IMG/VR virus record: IMGVR_UViG_3300025326_000036
Coordinates: 1-56,696 of that record
Source: a virus
Taxonomy: Duplodnaviria; Caudoviricetes
Reading direction: 5' to 3' (one strand)
Length of the DNA stretch: 56,696 nt
The stretch's first letter is position 1. The number at the start of each line of letters is the position of its first letter. This document shows, one piece after another, positions 18,677 to 27,481 of this stretch. The position numbers were made by a program, and so were the translations under genes. Below the pieces are notes generated by a model, which was given only the letters and a program-made list of their open reading frames with translations, had not been told where the DNA came from and did no database searches.

Positions 18677-20401
18677 TTATCGCCTCCGTTGTTTCGTCAG
18701 AATCACACACCTGGTCGCCTCAGCGTTCAGCGCGGCATCGGTGCTGGCATAGCAGTAGGTCTGCCGCGCCAGGTTTTGCAATACTTTGAACGGTGCCGAG
18801 TATGTGACCGAGGGGGTGCAGCCTGCGCCGAAGCAGTAGCGCGTGGTTGCCGTCTCGCTGGCTGACAGGGTGACCGTCTGCGTTGCGGCGTAGCGGCCTG
18901 CGGGTTTGTTGGCGGTGGTTGTGGGTACTACAAGGTCTGCGGGGTTAGCCGAACCGTCCAGTGTTATCATATAAGCATTGATTGGACCTTCTGCGGTGTT
19001 CCAGTTCGATCCCCACAGTACTTTAGTCCAGTCACGGTTGACCGTAGCATGTGGTTCGGCGTTGTAAGTGGTATTCCTGATTGACATGGTTCTACCGATG
19101 CGATGCCATGTGGTGCTGTTTGCTACAGTCGAATCTATTTTTACTGCAAATAATTCATTCGCTCCCCAACCTCTGCCGGTAGAGTCAACTGGTCTGTACG
19201 ATGACCAAAGCGCCCACCCTTTTGTTGTGCTATTTACGTCCTGCGATGCTCGCATGGAAATATGGCCTTGGTTGTACTGTCCTGATCCGCCGCCACACGT
19301 CGAAGTAAGATAGGAGTATGTACATGGGAACGTGACAAGCTTTGGCGCAACGTAAGTTGGAGCGATATCGCTTAGTTTATGGATATAGCCAAGCCGTTCC
19401 TTTGTGACCTCACTTGTGCTCTCCCACATTCCGACAAGAACCTCAACACCGTTAACATCATATCCAATATCCTGATGTTCGTGGTTGTTAGTAATGTACC
19501 CGATATAATTTAACTCTTTGTCAAAAAGTTCTGTGCCTGTCCCTCTGACATGTCCAAGTGAATCGTTACCATTACCAATAACAGTATAGTTAACAATCAC
19601 GTAATCACCTGAAGGGCTAAAACCCATCCAGTCCACAAATTTGTTATTTGCCGCCGAAGGGCATGTTCCGCCGCATAGATCGTCAGGCGTTTTGTCTGCC
19701 AAAATCGTATCTGTTTGTGCATCATACGTGAAATATTTAAGCTGTTTCCCGCTTGCGGGTGCAGCAGCTTTATAACATCTTAATGCCCAATACCTGTCGC
19801 TGTAGGACGAATTTCCTTCATCACCGTTATCAACTCTATCCCCATTGTCTGTTCCATCTGTGCATGTAAAGTTGTGCAGCGCAGTCAGGGTATCAGTGCT
19901 TGGTACGTATGAAGATATAGTGAGAAGTTTCGCCACATATAATAAATCAGGATCACTATTTGACCATTTTAAATCTTTTTGCGCGTGTGACTGCAATTTT
20001 GGTATAGCTTGTACGGCTGCATCAGTAGCAGAACTGTACAGTATAGGGTTACTATACTGGTCAGTCAGGACATACTTAGTTCCATCAGCGTTCCATGCCT
20101 GCTGTTTTGGATAGTTCGGCATAAACTGGCGTTCTTCGCAGGGTAACCACCCCCCTACTCCTGGGTCGCAAACAGTTGGGGCATTGATGCGTTTTATGGT
20201 CGTCCCGAACAGCGGGTCAACATAGGTCGATCCAAACGCAGGTTGCGCCGGCAATGGCCATGTTGTACAGGGGGTCACCCCTGTACTCACGCAGGTGTAG
20301 TCCACCGAGTCCGTGAGCAGCCCTGTGAACTGAGCAGGATCGGCGTGAGCAAAAGACGCCCACAAGATAGATACCGCCGTCAGCACTATATATCCCATCA
20401 T
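18677..20401 (-). CDS. Secreted beta-propeller-like protein with C-terminal chitobiase/Fn3-associated Ig domain
   Basis: Signal peptide ...ILWASFAHA; QAWNADG, FSPSGDY, EPHATVNRDWTKVLWGSNW; PAGRY...QTVTLSASETATTRY...YSAPF; many Cys pairs. Confidence 0.65.
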   Translation of the reverse strand: MMGYIVLTAVSILWASFAHADPAQFTGLLTDSVDYTCVSTGVTPCTTWPLPAQPAFGSTYVDPLFGTTIKRINAPTVCDPGVGGWLPCEERQFMPNYPKQQAWNADGTKYVLTDQYSNPILYSSATDAAVQAIPKLQSHAQKDLKWSNSDPDLLYVAKLLTISSYVPSTDTLTALHNFTCTDGTDNGDRVDNGDEGNSSYSDRYWALRCYKAAAPASGKQLKYFTYDAQTDTILADKTPDDLCGGTCPSAANNKFVDWMGFSPSGDYVIVNYTVIGNGNDSLGHVRGTGTELFDKELNYIGYITNNHEHQDIGYDVNGVEVLVGMWESTSEVTKERLGYIHKLSDIAPTYVAPKLVTFPCTYSYLTSTCGGGSGQYNQGHISMRASQDVNSTTKGWALWSSYRPVDSTGRGWGANELFAVKIDSTVANSTTWHRIGRTMSIRNTTYNAEPHATVNRDWTKVLWGSNWNTAEGPINAYMITLDGSANPADLVVPTTTANKPAGRYAATQTVTLSASETATTRYCFGAGCTPSVTYSAPFKVLQNLARQTYCYASTDAALNAEATRCVILTKQRRR

Positions 20402-21777
20402 TTATACCCCACTGAAAGGTTGTCAAAAGTAATAATGTTGGTCGTCGCCCCTGACTGTAGCTGTACACCGAATGTTGCAGCGTTGAGCGTAACCCCTGCT
20501 GTTTTGATCGCTGTTTCAGGAATAATATCGGCACCATTTATTGTCAGACTGTAGTAACCATCAGTGGTTGCTGTGTCGGTACTCCCTTTTATCATCATTG
20601 CGATTGTATAGGTAATTCCGGCCTGGAACGCATAGGGGTAGTTGGCCGATGTGTGCTGTGTCAGGTCGCCATCTTGATACTTGATCCGTATACCGGCTAT
20701 CACCCCTCCAGAGGTGTAAACTTCCGGCATGGCGGTCATGCTGTTGATGGGACCGGACACTCTGCCAAGTTGGCTGAAATTGCCGGTTGCAGTGACGCTT
20801 CCGAATTTTACATCTGCTTGCCACCGGACATCCTGATGTGCCGTCATCGCGGTTTTGTTGGCTGTCGCAGTTGTGGACGACGCACTCATGGTGACTACTA
20901 GAGCGTTACCGTTGACGCTCATTTGGGCTAGCGAATCAGTCATCGAACTAAAGGCATTGGTTGTGGTGCAGGCACCAACTACGGTAGAACTTACGCCGTC
21001 TGCACAGGTCACAGAGTTAGCCCAATAGATAGTGTAGGGATCGACTGCCAGCGTCGTACTGCTGAACGTACCGCTTACGCCCCCGATGGTCACAACGGTG
21101 TCGGTAGCCGCGGAGTTGCTGGCCGAACTGGTATGTTGCGCCCTCACAGTGTCGCCGTTGCTGACTGTGCCGCTGCTGGCAGTGAAGCTCCCACTGGCGT
21201 TAACGTCATACGTGCCGCCCGTCACGCTGATTACCGATGCCGTGTCGATACCGGTAACGGTAATAGTGGCAGAGGTGATGGTGGATGAAAGGGCTACGTC
21301 TGTCTGATCCGTAAAGATGAAGGCATCCGGCGTTGAATCGACCCCTTCAGGGGCTACCCCCGTCCCACTCAACGCAGCTCCCACCCTAGCTATGTTCGGC
21401 GCAGAGTAGCTCAAGAACCCGCTGTATGCCACCCCTGCCACCGGCTCAAATGCCACCTTTGCCGTGCGGCTGCGGCCCGATGAGATGTTGCCGAATGTGG
21501 TTGAGCTGTAGAGCCTGAACCCGGCACCAGTGACGCTGGTTGTCACATCCTCGGCGGTGTCGTTGCCTGAGTTCGACAGGGTGAACGTGGCACTGGTCAG
21601 CGTGCCGGTGGAGTGATTACTGAATGCGAGGGACGATGGTGACCACGATAGCGACGGCACCAAATCGACCCATTGCGACCCCACTGACCGACCGCCTATA
21701 CCCCCGAGCGGCCAACTGATCGCTGCAGCCGAGCCGCACAGCGTCAGCAGTATGACCACACACGCTGCCCGTTTCAT
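20398..21777 (-). CDS. Secreted multi-Ig-domain protein (ASH/choice-of-anchor-D-like plus DxTPDAF domain plus possible lectin-like domain)
   Basis: Start MKRAACVVILLTLCGSAAA (ATGA overlap); SPSSLAF...FTLSNSG...VAFEP; DSTPDAFIFTDQTDV. Confidence 0.65.
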   Translation of the reverse strand: MKRAACVVILLTLCGSAAAISWPLGGIGGRSVGSQWVDLVPSLSWSPSSLAFSNHSTGTLTSATFTLSNSGNDTAEDVTTSVTGAGFRLYSSTTFGNISSGRSRTAKVAFEPVAGVAYSGFLSYSAPNIARVGAALSGTGVAPEGVDSTPDAFIFTDQTDVALSSTITSATITVTGIDTASVISVTGGTYDVNASGSFTASSGTVSNGDTVRAQHTSSASNSAATDTVVTIGGVSGTFSSTTLAVDPYTIYWANSVTCADGVSSTVVGACTTTNAFSSMTDSLAQMSVNGNALVVTMSASSTTATANKTAMTAHQDVRWQADVKFGSVTATGNFSQLGRVSGPINSMTAMPEVYTSGGVIAGIRIKYQDGDLTQHTSANYPYAFQAGITYTIAMMIKGSTDTATTDGYYSLTINGADIIPETAIKTAGVTLNAATFGVQLQSGATTNIITFDNLSVGYK

Positions 21778-22127
21778 TGCTGCTGCCACTGGTGGGCGCC
21801 AGAGACGTTCATGAACGGTGTGGCTATGTTCTTGACCCCCACATACCACGATCCCCCGGGTATGGTGAATTGTGGGTAGGTACCCTTGGCGCTGGTTGAC
21901 ATGAGCCTGGCCGAGCAATCCGACGCGCAGTAGATGCCATACGCCAGAAAATTGGTCAGATCATAGGTCGCGCTGGCGGTCGCCGTCGCTGAGTACAACC
22001 CATTGGGTGACCAGCCCTGTACGTAGGTACCTCGGTAGAGTAACGACCCGTCGCCCTGGTTCTCGGCTATGGCAGCGGTGACGGTCAGGGTGAGCAGCAC
22101 GGTCAGGGTGAGTAGGATACGTGTCAT
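21774..22127 (-). CDS. Small secreted protein
   Basis: Signal peptide MTRILLTLTVLLTLTVTAAIA; AGGAG RBS. Confidence 0.65.
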   Translation of the reverse strand: MTRILLTLTVLLTLTVTAAIAENQGDGSLLYRGTYVQGWSPNGLYSATATASATYDLTNFLAYGIYCASDCSARLMSTSAKGTYPQFTIPGGSWYVGVKNIATPFMNVSGAHQWQQQ

Positions 22128-22810
22128 TGGTATTCTCCTGTCAGTATGTTATACCTACCGCCCGTGACGCTCGGCACATCGGTCCTCATGATCATGGGTC
22201 GGGCGTTCATGTTCTCGATGACCTTCATGGTCCTCTCAGCCATCATCCGTATGTCGGGTGGCGGGGGGCCGGTGCGTCCGAGCGGTCTCCAGCAAGCCAT
22301 TGCGCCGTTGTAGGTCAACATGGCAAGATAGGCGTCGGGGAAAGTCACCGTGTCGGTCAGGGCGCTGAACGAGGTCAGGTATTTGAGACTGTCGATGGTC
22401 AGGGTGTCGGCGGCATCGGGCGTGGGGTTGATGTGGATGATACCCGGGGCGGCTGACTGAGTGGCGCCGGCATCGTAATAGAGTTCGCGTGTGGGTGACG
22501 GCCATACGCTGTACTCGCCCTGGGTCGCTAGGTCGAGTGGTAGACCGTTGATATGGGCAGCGAGGATGCTAATCGGCTTGGCGGTGTTCAGGTCGGCTGA
22601 TGGGCCGATGGTGTAGGCGGCCACACCGGCTGTCAGGGTGAACGACTCGGTGGTGGGGGTGAGTTGGACCAGGTGCCGAGCTGATAGGCTGCCAAGTAGC
22701 AGGTTGACGTGGCGACGGACTTTCTGCATATCACTGGCTTCCGGTTGCTCGTCAAGGGTCACGACGCCTACGACCTCAAGGATCGCTATGAATAGTTCTC
22801 GTACCTGCAT
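22124..22810 (-). CDS. Head-to-tail adaptor, P22 gp4-like
   Basis: ELF.AILEVVGV...EQPEASD..K....N..L.SL, YTIGP, P.PD, FPDAY motifs; position. Confidence 0.7.
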   Translation of the reverse strand: MQVRELFIAILEVVGVVTLDEQPEASDMQKVRRHVNLLLGSLSARHLVQLTPTTESFTLTAGVAAYTIGPSADLNTAKPISILAAHINGLPLDLATQGEYSVWPSPTRELYYDAGATQSAAPGIIHINPTPDAADTLTIDSLKYLTSFSALTDTVTFPDAYLAMLTYNGAMACWRPLGRTGPPPPDIRMMAERTMKVIENMNARPMIMRTDVPSVTGGRYNILTGEYQ

Positions 22811-22824
22811 GGTCACACCTCACG

Positions 22825-23172
22825 TCACAGCTTCTTCTTGGGTCGCGGCTTGTACGGTCTCGGCTTGTATGGCCGCTTGGGTTTGGCAGGTGCGGCTACG
22901 GGCGGCTCGGGTGCCAACTGCTCAATCAGACCGATCACAGGCGCCATAGACACGTCACGATGCTCTGTCAGCGGTGTGACCGGCTCGGCGGCTTGCTGCT
23001 CGGCGGCCTGCTGCTCGGCGGCGGCCTGTGCCAGTATCTCAGCCAGATTGGGTCGGAACTCGCGTATCTGGTTGACCTCGGGTGCAGGCTCCACCTCGCT
23101 GAATACCGATATGGTCTTGAATATCCCGTTGGGATCGGTGAAAATTCTCTTGCCTACGTTTACCCTCGCCAT
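22825..23172 (-). CDS. Hypothetical protein with basic C-terminal tail
   Basis: QQAAE and RPYKP repeats; GGAGG RBS. Confidence 0.5.
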   Translation of the reverse strand: MARVNVGKRIFTDPNGIFKTISVFSEVEPAPEVNQIREFRPNLAEILAQAAAEQQAAEQQAAEPVTPLTEHRDVSMAPVIGLIEQLAPEPPVAAPAKPKRPYKPRPYKPRPKKKL

Positions 23173-24012
23173 CTACCCCTCCGCATTCAACGGCACTTTC
23201 GTACCATCGATACCATAACTACAGCCCTTCTGCTCACGATTACCCACAAACGAGCACCATATGTGTTTGCCGTCACTGATCAGTGACGAGCCACAGCGAG
23301 GGCATCGTTTATCTTGTAACCAGAAACAGGTCTGTTGTACCGGTACACTGTCCATACCGTCACCCCCCCCCATCAGATAGTCATGGAAGTTACCACTCTG
23401 TGAGCCGTGTGTAAATGAAATATTGCACACTACCCACATCTCCCCACCTATTTCCCTCCACAGGCGGCAGAATGCGTAATCCTCACCGACCCATCGGCCA
23501 CCGCTCACCCCTTGGGGGAACAGGTCGTACATCTCACCGTTCTCATCGCACACGTACCGCTGACCCGGGTACGCTGCCACCATACGCTCCAGGGCGCTCC
23601 GGTGGATGCACAGGAAGCCGGTGGGCACCGCTGCGGCAGCCACACAGCCGTCAGCACGCTGCACAGGGCAGTCGTTGGGCGTGGTGTGGATGACGACCGG
23701 GAAGCGTAGCGGCTCGGTCTTGAGCGGGTAGATGCCGGCGACCACTTCGCCCGGGGTCTCGATCACCTTGAGCGCGGCGGTCGCCGGCCAGGATATGTCG
23801 TCATCCAAGAAGAACAGCACGTCGGCGCCTGAGTCGAGGAAATGCTTGACAATCTGGTTACGGGCCGTCTGCACGTAGCAGCAACCCGTCACCATGTAAA
23901 ACTCGGTTGTGTGGCCGCGCTCAGTACACAGGGCAATGGTCTGCTCCAGCGAGTCGAGAAACGGCGCGTAGGTGATACCTCGGTATGATGGGGTGGCGAA
24001 TAGGATGTGCAT
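23173..24012 (-). CDS. GT-A-fold glycosyltransferase-like protein (C-terminal Zn-ribbon extension beyond a G9 tract)
   Basis: FATPSY, ARNQIV..FL, FFLDDDI (DxD), TGFLCI.R, GEDYAFC. Confidence 0.8.
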   Translation of the reverse strand: MHILFATPSYRGITYAPFLDSLEQTIALCTERGHTTEFYMVTGCCYVQTARNQIVKHFLDSGADVLFFLDDDISWPATAALKVIETPGEVVAGIYPLKTEPLRFPVVIHTTPNDCPVQRADGCVAAAAVPTGFLCIHRSALERMVAAYPGQRYVCDENGEMYDLFPQGVSGGRWVGEDYAFCRLWREIGGEMWVVCNISFTHGSQSGNFHDYLMGGGDGMDSVPVQQTCFWLQDKRCPRCGSSLISDGKHIWCSFVGNREQKGCSYGIDGTKVPLNAEG

Positions 24013-24029
24013 GGTGGCTCACATGTAGC

Positions 24030-24062
24030 GAGGGCCGGTGGTAGATAGTCACACCGGCCCTC
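24030..24062 (-). terminator. Strong stem-loop downstream of coat operon (terminator or mRNA stabiliser)
   Basis: GAGGGCCGGTG/CACCGGCCCTC 11-bp inverted repeat; no U-tract. Confidence 0.5.
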
Positions 24063-24068
24063 TGGTTA

Positions 24069-24188
24069 TCAGCAGTTCTTCATCTTCATGCCGGCCATCG
24101 GCTTGCCGACCGTGATGGTCATGCCGCCTGATGGCTTGGCCTTGACCTTGGGTTTGCGGTTCTGGATCGTCGGAAGTTTAGGCGGCAT
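24069..24188 (-). CDS. 39-aa basic peptide
   Basis: Hand translation MPPKLPTIQNRKPKVKAKPSGG...; GC3-rich codons like coat gene. Confidence 0.45.
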   Translation of the reverse strand: MPPKLPTIQNRKPKVKAKPSGGMTITVGKPMAGMKMKNC

Positions 24189-24189
24189 A

Positions 24190-24414
24190 CTACGCCTCGC
24201 CTTTCATCAGACCCGCCGCAACCAGGGTTGCTCTCATCTCATTGCACAGTGCGACGATTGCGTCGGCTTGGGCCGCTGCACCGAACCCGAACGGCGTGGT
24301 CGAGGTGGCTGCGGTCGTGGTGACGGCTGCCTGATCAGCACCAGCACGCATACCGATGGGCAGGGTGCCCGACAGCGGGCCGTATTGTACGAATGTGGTA
24401 GAATCGAGAGACAT
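24190..24414 (-). CDS. Small capsid decoration / head-fibre-like protein
   Basis: AAGGAG RBS; ..AIVALCNEMRATLVAAGLM C-terminus; follows coat gene. Confidence 0.6.
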   Translation of the reverse strand: MSLDSTTFVQYGPLSGTLPIGMRAGADQAAVTTTAATSTTPFGFGAAAQADAIVALCNEMRATLVAAGLMKGEA

Positions 24415-24464
24415 GGTTATTTCTCCTTATTGTGTGGTCAATCGGTTAGAGTGACGAAAAGGTG

Positions 24465-24493
24465 TTGCAAGTTAACTTACTGTGTGGTACAAA
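24465..24493 (+). promoter_or_regulatory. Promoter of antisense HNH gene
   Basis: TTGCAA-17 bp-TACAAA then AAAGGAGG RBS. Confidence 0.55.
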
Positions 24494-24528
24494 ACATTCG
24501 CACCACACACCCCAAAGGAGGATTGAAA

Positions 24529-25218
24529 ATGAAACTTAAACCAGACCAGAGACTTGTCCAGAAGGATTTTGACTGCATCAAACCCGGTGAAGTGTACGGC
24601 GGTCTCACTGTCCGAGAGACTTACGTTATTGAGGGGACGTACAACTACATCGCCCGGTGCGATTGCAAATGTGGTGTGACTGGTTTTATCACCCGTGTCA
24701 ATCAGTTGAGGACCAAAAACCGACCCGCTATCAGTTGTGGCTGCTCCCGTAAAAAACACGGTCGGTGGGGCGAACCCCTGTTTATAGTGTGGCGAAACAT
24801 GATGAACCGATGCTACGATCCTACAAACAAGAGATACACCCGGTACGGCGGTAGGGGCATATCTGTGTGCCCAGACTGGCACGATATGGATAAATTTCTT
24901 GAGGATATGCATTACGGCCACGCTGTTGGTCTCCAGATCGACCGAATCGACAACGATGGGGATTATGGGCCTTTTAACTGTCGATGGGTGACCCATTCTG
25001 AAAACTCCCGAAATAAATCCACTAACACTCTTCTTACTTACAACGGGGAGACAAAGTGTCTCACGGAATGGGCGGAGATAGTCGGACTTACCGTTGGCAC
25101 CCTATGGGACCGTATTAAGGTCCGAAAATGGGATGTTACTAAAAGTCTGACTACCCCACCCATGACCAATGCTGAAACCATGAAACTGGCGTGTGCTGCT
25201 CGGAGAAAACCTAAGTAA
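24529..25218 (+). CDS. Free-standing HNH-type homing endonuclease
   Basis: CDCKCG, SCGC, WRNMMNRC...YGGRGISVC..W, IDRIDNDGDY..FNCRW.T..NSRN; opposite strand to structural operon. Confidence 0.8.
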   Translation: MKLKPDQRLVQKDFDCIKPGEVYGGLTVRETYVIEGTYNYIARCDCKCGVTGFITRVNQLRTKNRPAISCGCSRKKHGRWGEPLFIVWRNMMNRCYDPTNKRYTRYGGRGISVCPDWHDMDKFLEDMHYGHAVGLQIDRIDNDGDYGPFNCRWVTHSENSRNKSTNTLLTYNGETKCLTEWAEIVGLTVGTLWDRIKVRKWDVTKSLTTPPMTNAETMKLACAARRKPK

Positions 25219-25231
25219 ATCAACTACTTAC

Positions 25232-26566
25232 TCATGAGGCAAGTCTAACGGCCCATTCTGGCCGATGTACAGCAAATCCGCCCAAAACATCCAATCTCGT
25301 TATCGTAGCCGAACTCATGATGTCATAACCCGTAACGATTCGCATCGAGATTCCTTCCTCGCTGACGCGGGTTGCGCGGCAGTTCGGCATGTCGATGGGG
25401 AGGTCGGCGGTACCGAGTGTGAATGCCGATTCGTGGAAAGCCATGTTCTGCGGGCTGACCGTGGATGCCGCGCCGGTCGTGAACACCACGGCTGCGGTGG
25501 CGCTGGTTGCCACAACGGCTACGGTGCCGTATGCGGTAGTCGGGCCGACTACCTTGGGCGGGTTGCTGACGACCACGTTGTTGGCGCCGGTTGCCAGGGT
25601 GACCGCTTCGGCCACGACGAACTGGTACAGGATGCCGGTGTTCTGCTGGTTGTCGGGGTTGACCGCGTAGACGTTGGCGACAGTGAACGCGTCGCCCGGG
25701 ACCAGGGTTTTGGTGTTGTCGCCGGAAGCCGCCGTGAAGACCATGGTTGCCGAGGGTGTTGCACCGGCTGTCCATGCGACCGTGGTGGTGGTCTCGGCAC
25801 CGGAGATGGCGCGGGTACCGCTGGTGAAGGAGTAGACGTTCTGATCCTTGGCGAACTGGAAGCCGAGAGCATCACCCAGGTATCCTTTGCGGTACTGCTC
25901 GGCCATCAGACCCTGCGGGTTGAACAGGCCCGACAGGCTGGCGACCGAGCTGGCGTGTGCAGCCGAGTTGAGGACCATGTGACGGTTGCCGTCGTTCGGG
26001 GCACACTGGTTGTCCAGCAGCAGGCCGGCGTTCAGGAATGCGGTCGGCGCATTGTACTGCAAGAGACCCGCAGCCGATCCGCCCGCCGTGCCGATGGTGG
26101 TACCGGGGGTGCCGATGACGGTGTTGATCGGGCCGGCGCCCGGGCAGGCGTAGGAGCCGAGGCTGTTGGCGGTCGGGTAGAGACCGGTGCAGGCAGCCAC
26201 ATGGCACTCCAGGTCCATCTGCGATGCCATCTTGCTGATCGCCGGCACGATGTACTGCTTACGGAACTCTTCGATGTGCAGTGTGCGCTCGACATCGCTG
26301 AAAGACATCGGGATGGTCCAGAAGCGGTTGAGGGTCAGGGGTACCGTCTCGTCGGTCTGACCCTGCGGTACGATGGCCGGTCCCTGCTGGACGGTCCAGC
26401 GTTTCGGTTTCTTGACGTTGATCGTGTTGCCGATCTGAGCGCCGGAACGAGCGAACTCGCTGGAATACTGCTTGCGAACGCCTTTCAGGAAGCCGATGGT
26501 GTTCTGAAACTCCATCATGGCCTCTTTCGCGATCACCGCGTCCGTTAAAATTACGTTACTACCCAT
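25232..26566 (-). CDS. Major capsid protein, P22 coat (gp5)-like
   Basis: IAKEAM, GAQIGNTINVKKP, GFQFAKDQNV, GDAFTVANVYAVNP, NMAFH..AFTL, RLDVLGG....RPEWAVR; strong codon bias. Confidence 0.9.
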   Translation of the reverse strand: MGSNVILTDAVIAKEAMMEFQNTIGFLKGVRKQYSSEFARSGAQIGNTINVKKPKRWTVQQGPAIVPQGQTDETVPLTLNRFWTIPMSFSDVERTLHIEEFRKQYIVPAISKMASQMDLECHVAACTGLYPTANSLGSYACPGAGPINTVIGTPGTTIGTAGGSAAGLLQYNAPTAFLNAGLLLDNQCAPNDGNRHMVLNSAAHASSVASLSGLFNPQGLMAEQYRKGYLGDALGFQFAKDQNVYSFTSGTRAISGAETTTTVAWTAGATPSATMVFTAASGDNTKTLVPGDAFTVANVYAVNPDNQQNTGILYQFVVAEAVTLATGANNVVVSNPPKVVGPTTAYGTVAVVATSATAAVVFTTGAASTVSPQNMAFHESAFTLGTADLPIDMPNCRATRVSEEGISMRIVTGYDIMSSATITRLDVLGGFAVHRPEWAVRLAS

Positions 26567-26584
26567 GGTATTTCTCCTTTTATT

Positions 26585-27445
26585 TTACCTGCGTAGAGGT
26601 CTCATTGATGCTTGGCGGTGTGCGACATACTCCTTGTAGCTAGCCGTCTCAGGGTCAAACGGTTGTGGGCTTACACCCAATGGCACCGTGGCAATCGGCT
26701 CGGGTGCCTGGGATACTGCGCGGGGCGGTGCCGGTGCCGGTTTGTTGGCGAGGGTGGCGGCGATCTGCCCGAGTGCCATTGCAGCCTGGATCGGCGGCAG
26801 GGCGTTGATGCGGTTGCATTCAGCCAGGTTGGTCCCGAGGTAGTACGCCACGTCGGCGCCGTTCTCGCTGGACTTGATGACCTCGGCAACGGTGGCTGAC
26901 TGACCGAATGCCGGATTGCTGATCACCTCTTGGAAGTCGGGGTAGCGTGTGACCGCTGTGACCCGCTGCTTCTCCCACTTGGTGTCCGTCTCCTGTTGAG
27001 TGCGCTGTTGCACCAGGTGCTGGTCGCGCTGCTCGATGCGCTGTAGGACGTTGTGTTCGGCCAGTTTGACGATGTACTGACGGTCGGCTGCCTGAAAATC
27101 ATCCCATGACTCGTAGTCATCGGACTTGGGTGCGACCGGTGGACCTGACGGTGCGACCGGCTCGGCGGGCGGTGCCGGTGTGGCTGCGGCAAGTTGCCCA
27201 CGGAGAAATGCCGCTTCCTCGCGTGCCTGTCGTAGCTGCTCGTCGCGCTCCTGTCGTTTTCGCCGTTCCGCTGCCGCCGCTGCCTTGAGTCCCGTTGTGC
27301 TATCAGGCTCAGCGGGTGGCTCGACCGGTGCCGGGGGGTCGGTGAGCGCAGGGTCGGTCGGTGGCTCGGCTGGTGCCGGGGTTACCGGCTCGACAGGTGC
27401 TACAGGCTCCGTGGTGGTGGTCACACTCCCGTCAGTAACTTCCAT
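26585..27445 (-). CDS. Capsid scaffolding protein
   Basis: Pro/Glu-rich N-terminus, coiled coil, YPDF...ADVAYYLG.N motif; between portal and coat. Confidence 0.8.
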   Translation of the reverse strand: MEVTDGSVTTTTEPVAPVEPVTPAPAEPPTDPALTDPPAPVEPPAEPDSTTGLKAAAAAERRKRQERDEQLRQAREEAAFLRGQLAAATPAPPAEPVAPSGPPVAPKSDDYESWDDFQAADRQYIVKLAEHNVLQRIEQRDQHLVQQRTQQETDTKWEKQRVTAVTRYPDFQEVISNPAFGQSATVAEVIKSSENGADVAYYLGTNLAECNRINALPPIQAAMALGQIAATLANKPAPAPPRAVSQAPEPIATVPLGVSPQPFDPETASYKEYVAHRQASMRPLRR

Positions 27446-27481
27446 TTTCCTCTCCTTGCTTGCCCGATAGGCGGCATCCCT

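Noticed and set aside
1442-22127. Diversity-generating retroelement or invertible tail-fibre switch
   Set aside because: No reverse transcriptase, no template/variable repeat pair and no flanking inverted repeats were noticed by eye.
24088-24528. N-terminal extension of the plus-strand HNH ORF (376 aa in the track)
   Set aside because: It overlaps real minus-strand genes; promoter and RBS point to the ATG at 24529.
25265-26548. 427-aa plus-strand ORF and other long antisense ORFs (for example 8569-9267, 10322-11095, 31403-32107)
   Set aside because: Shadow frames of GC3-biased genes on the opposite strand, with no recognisable motifs.
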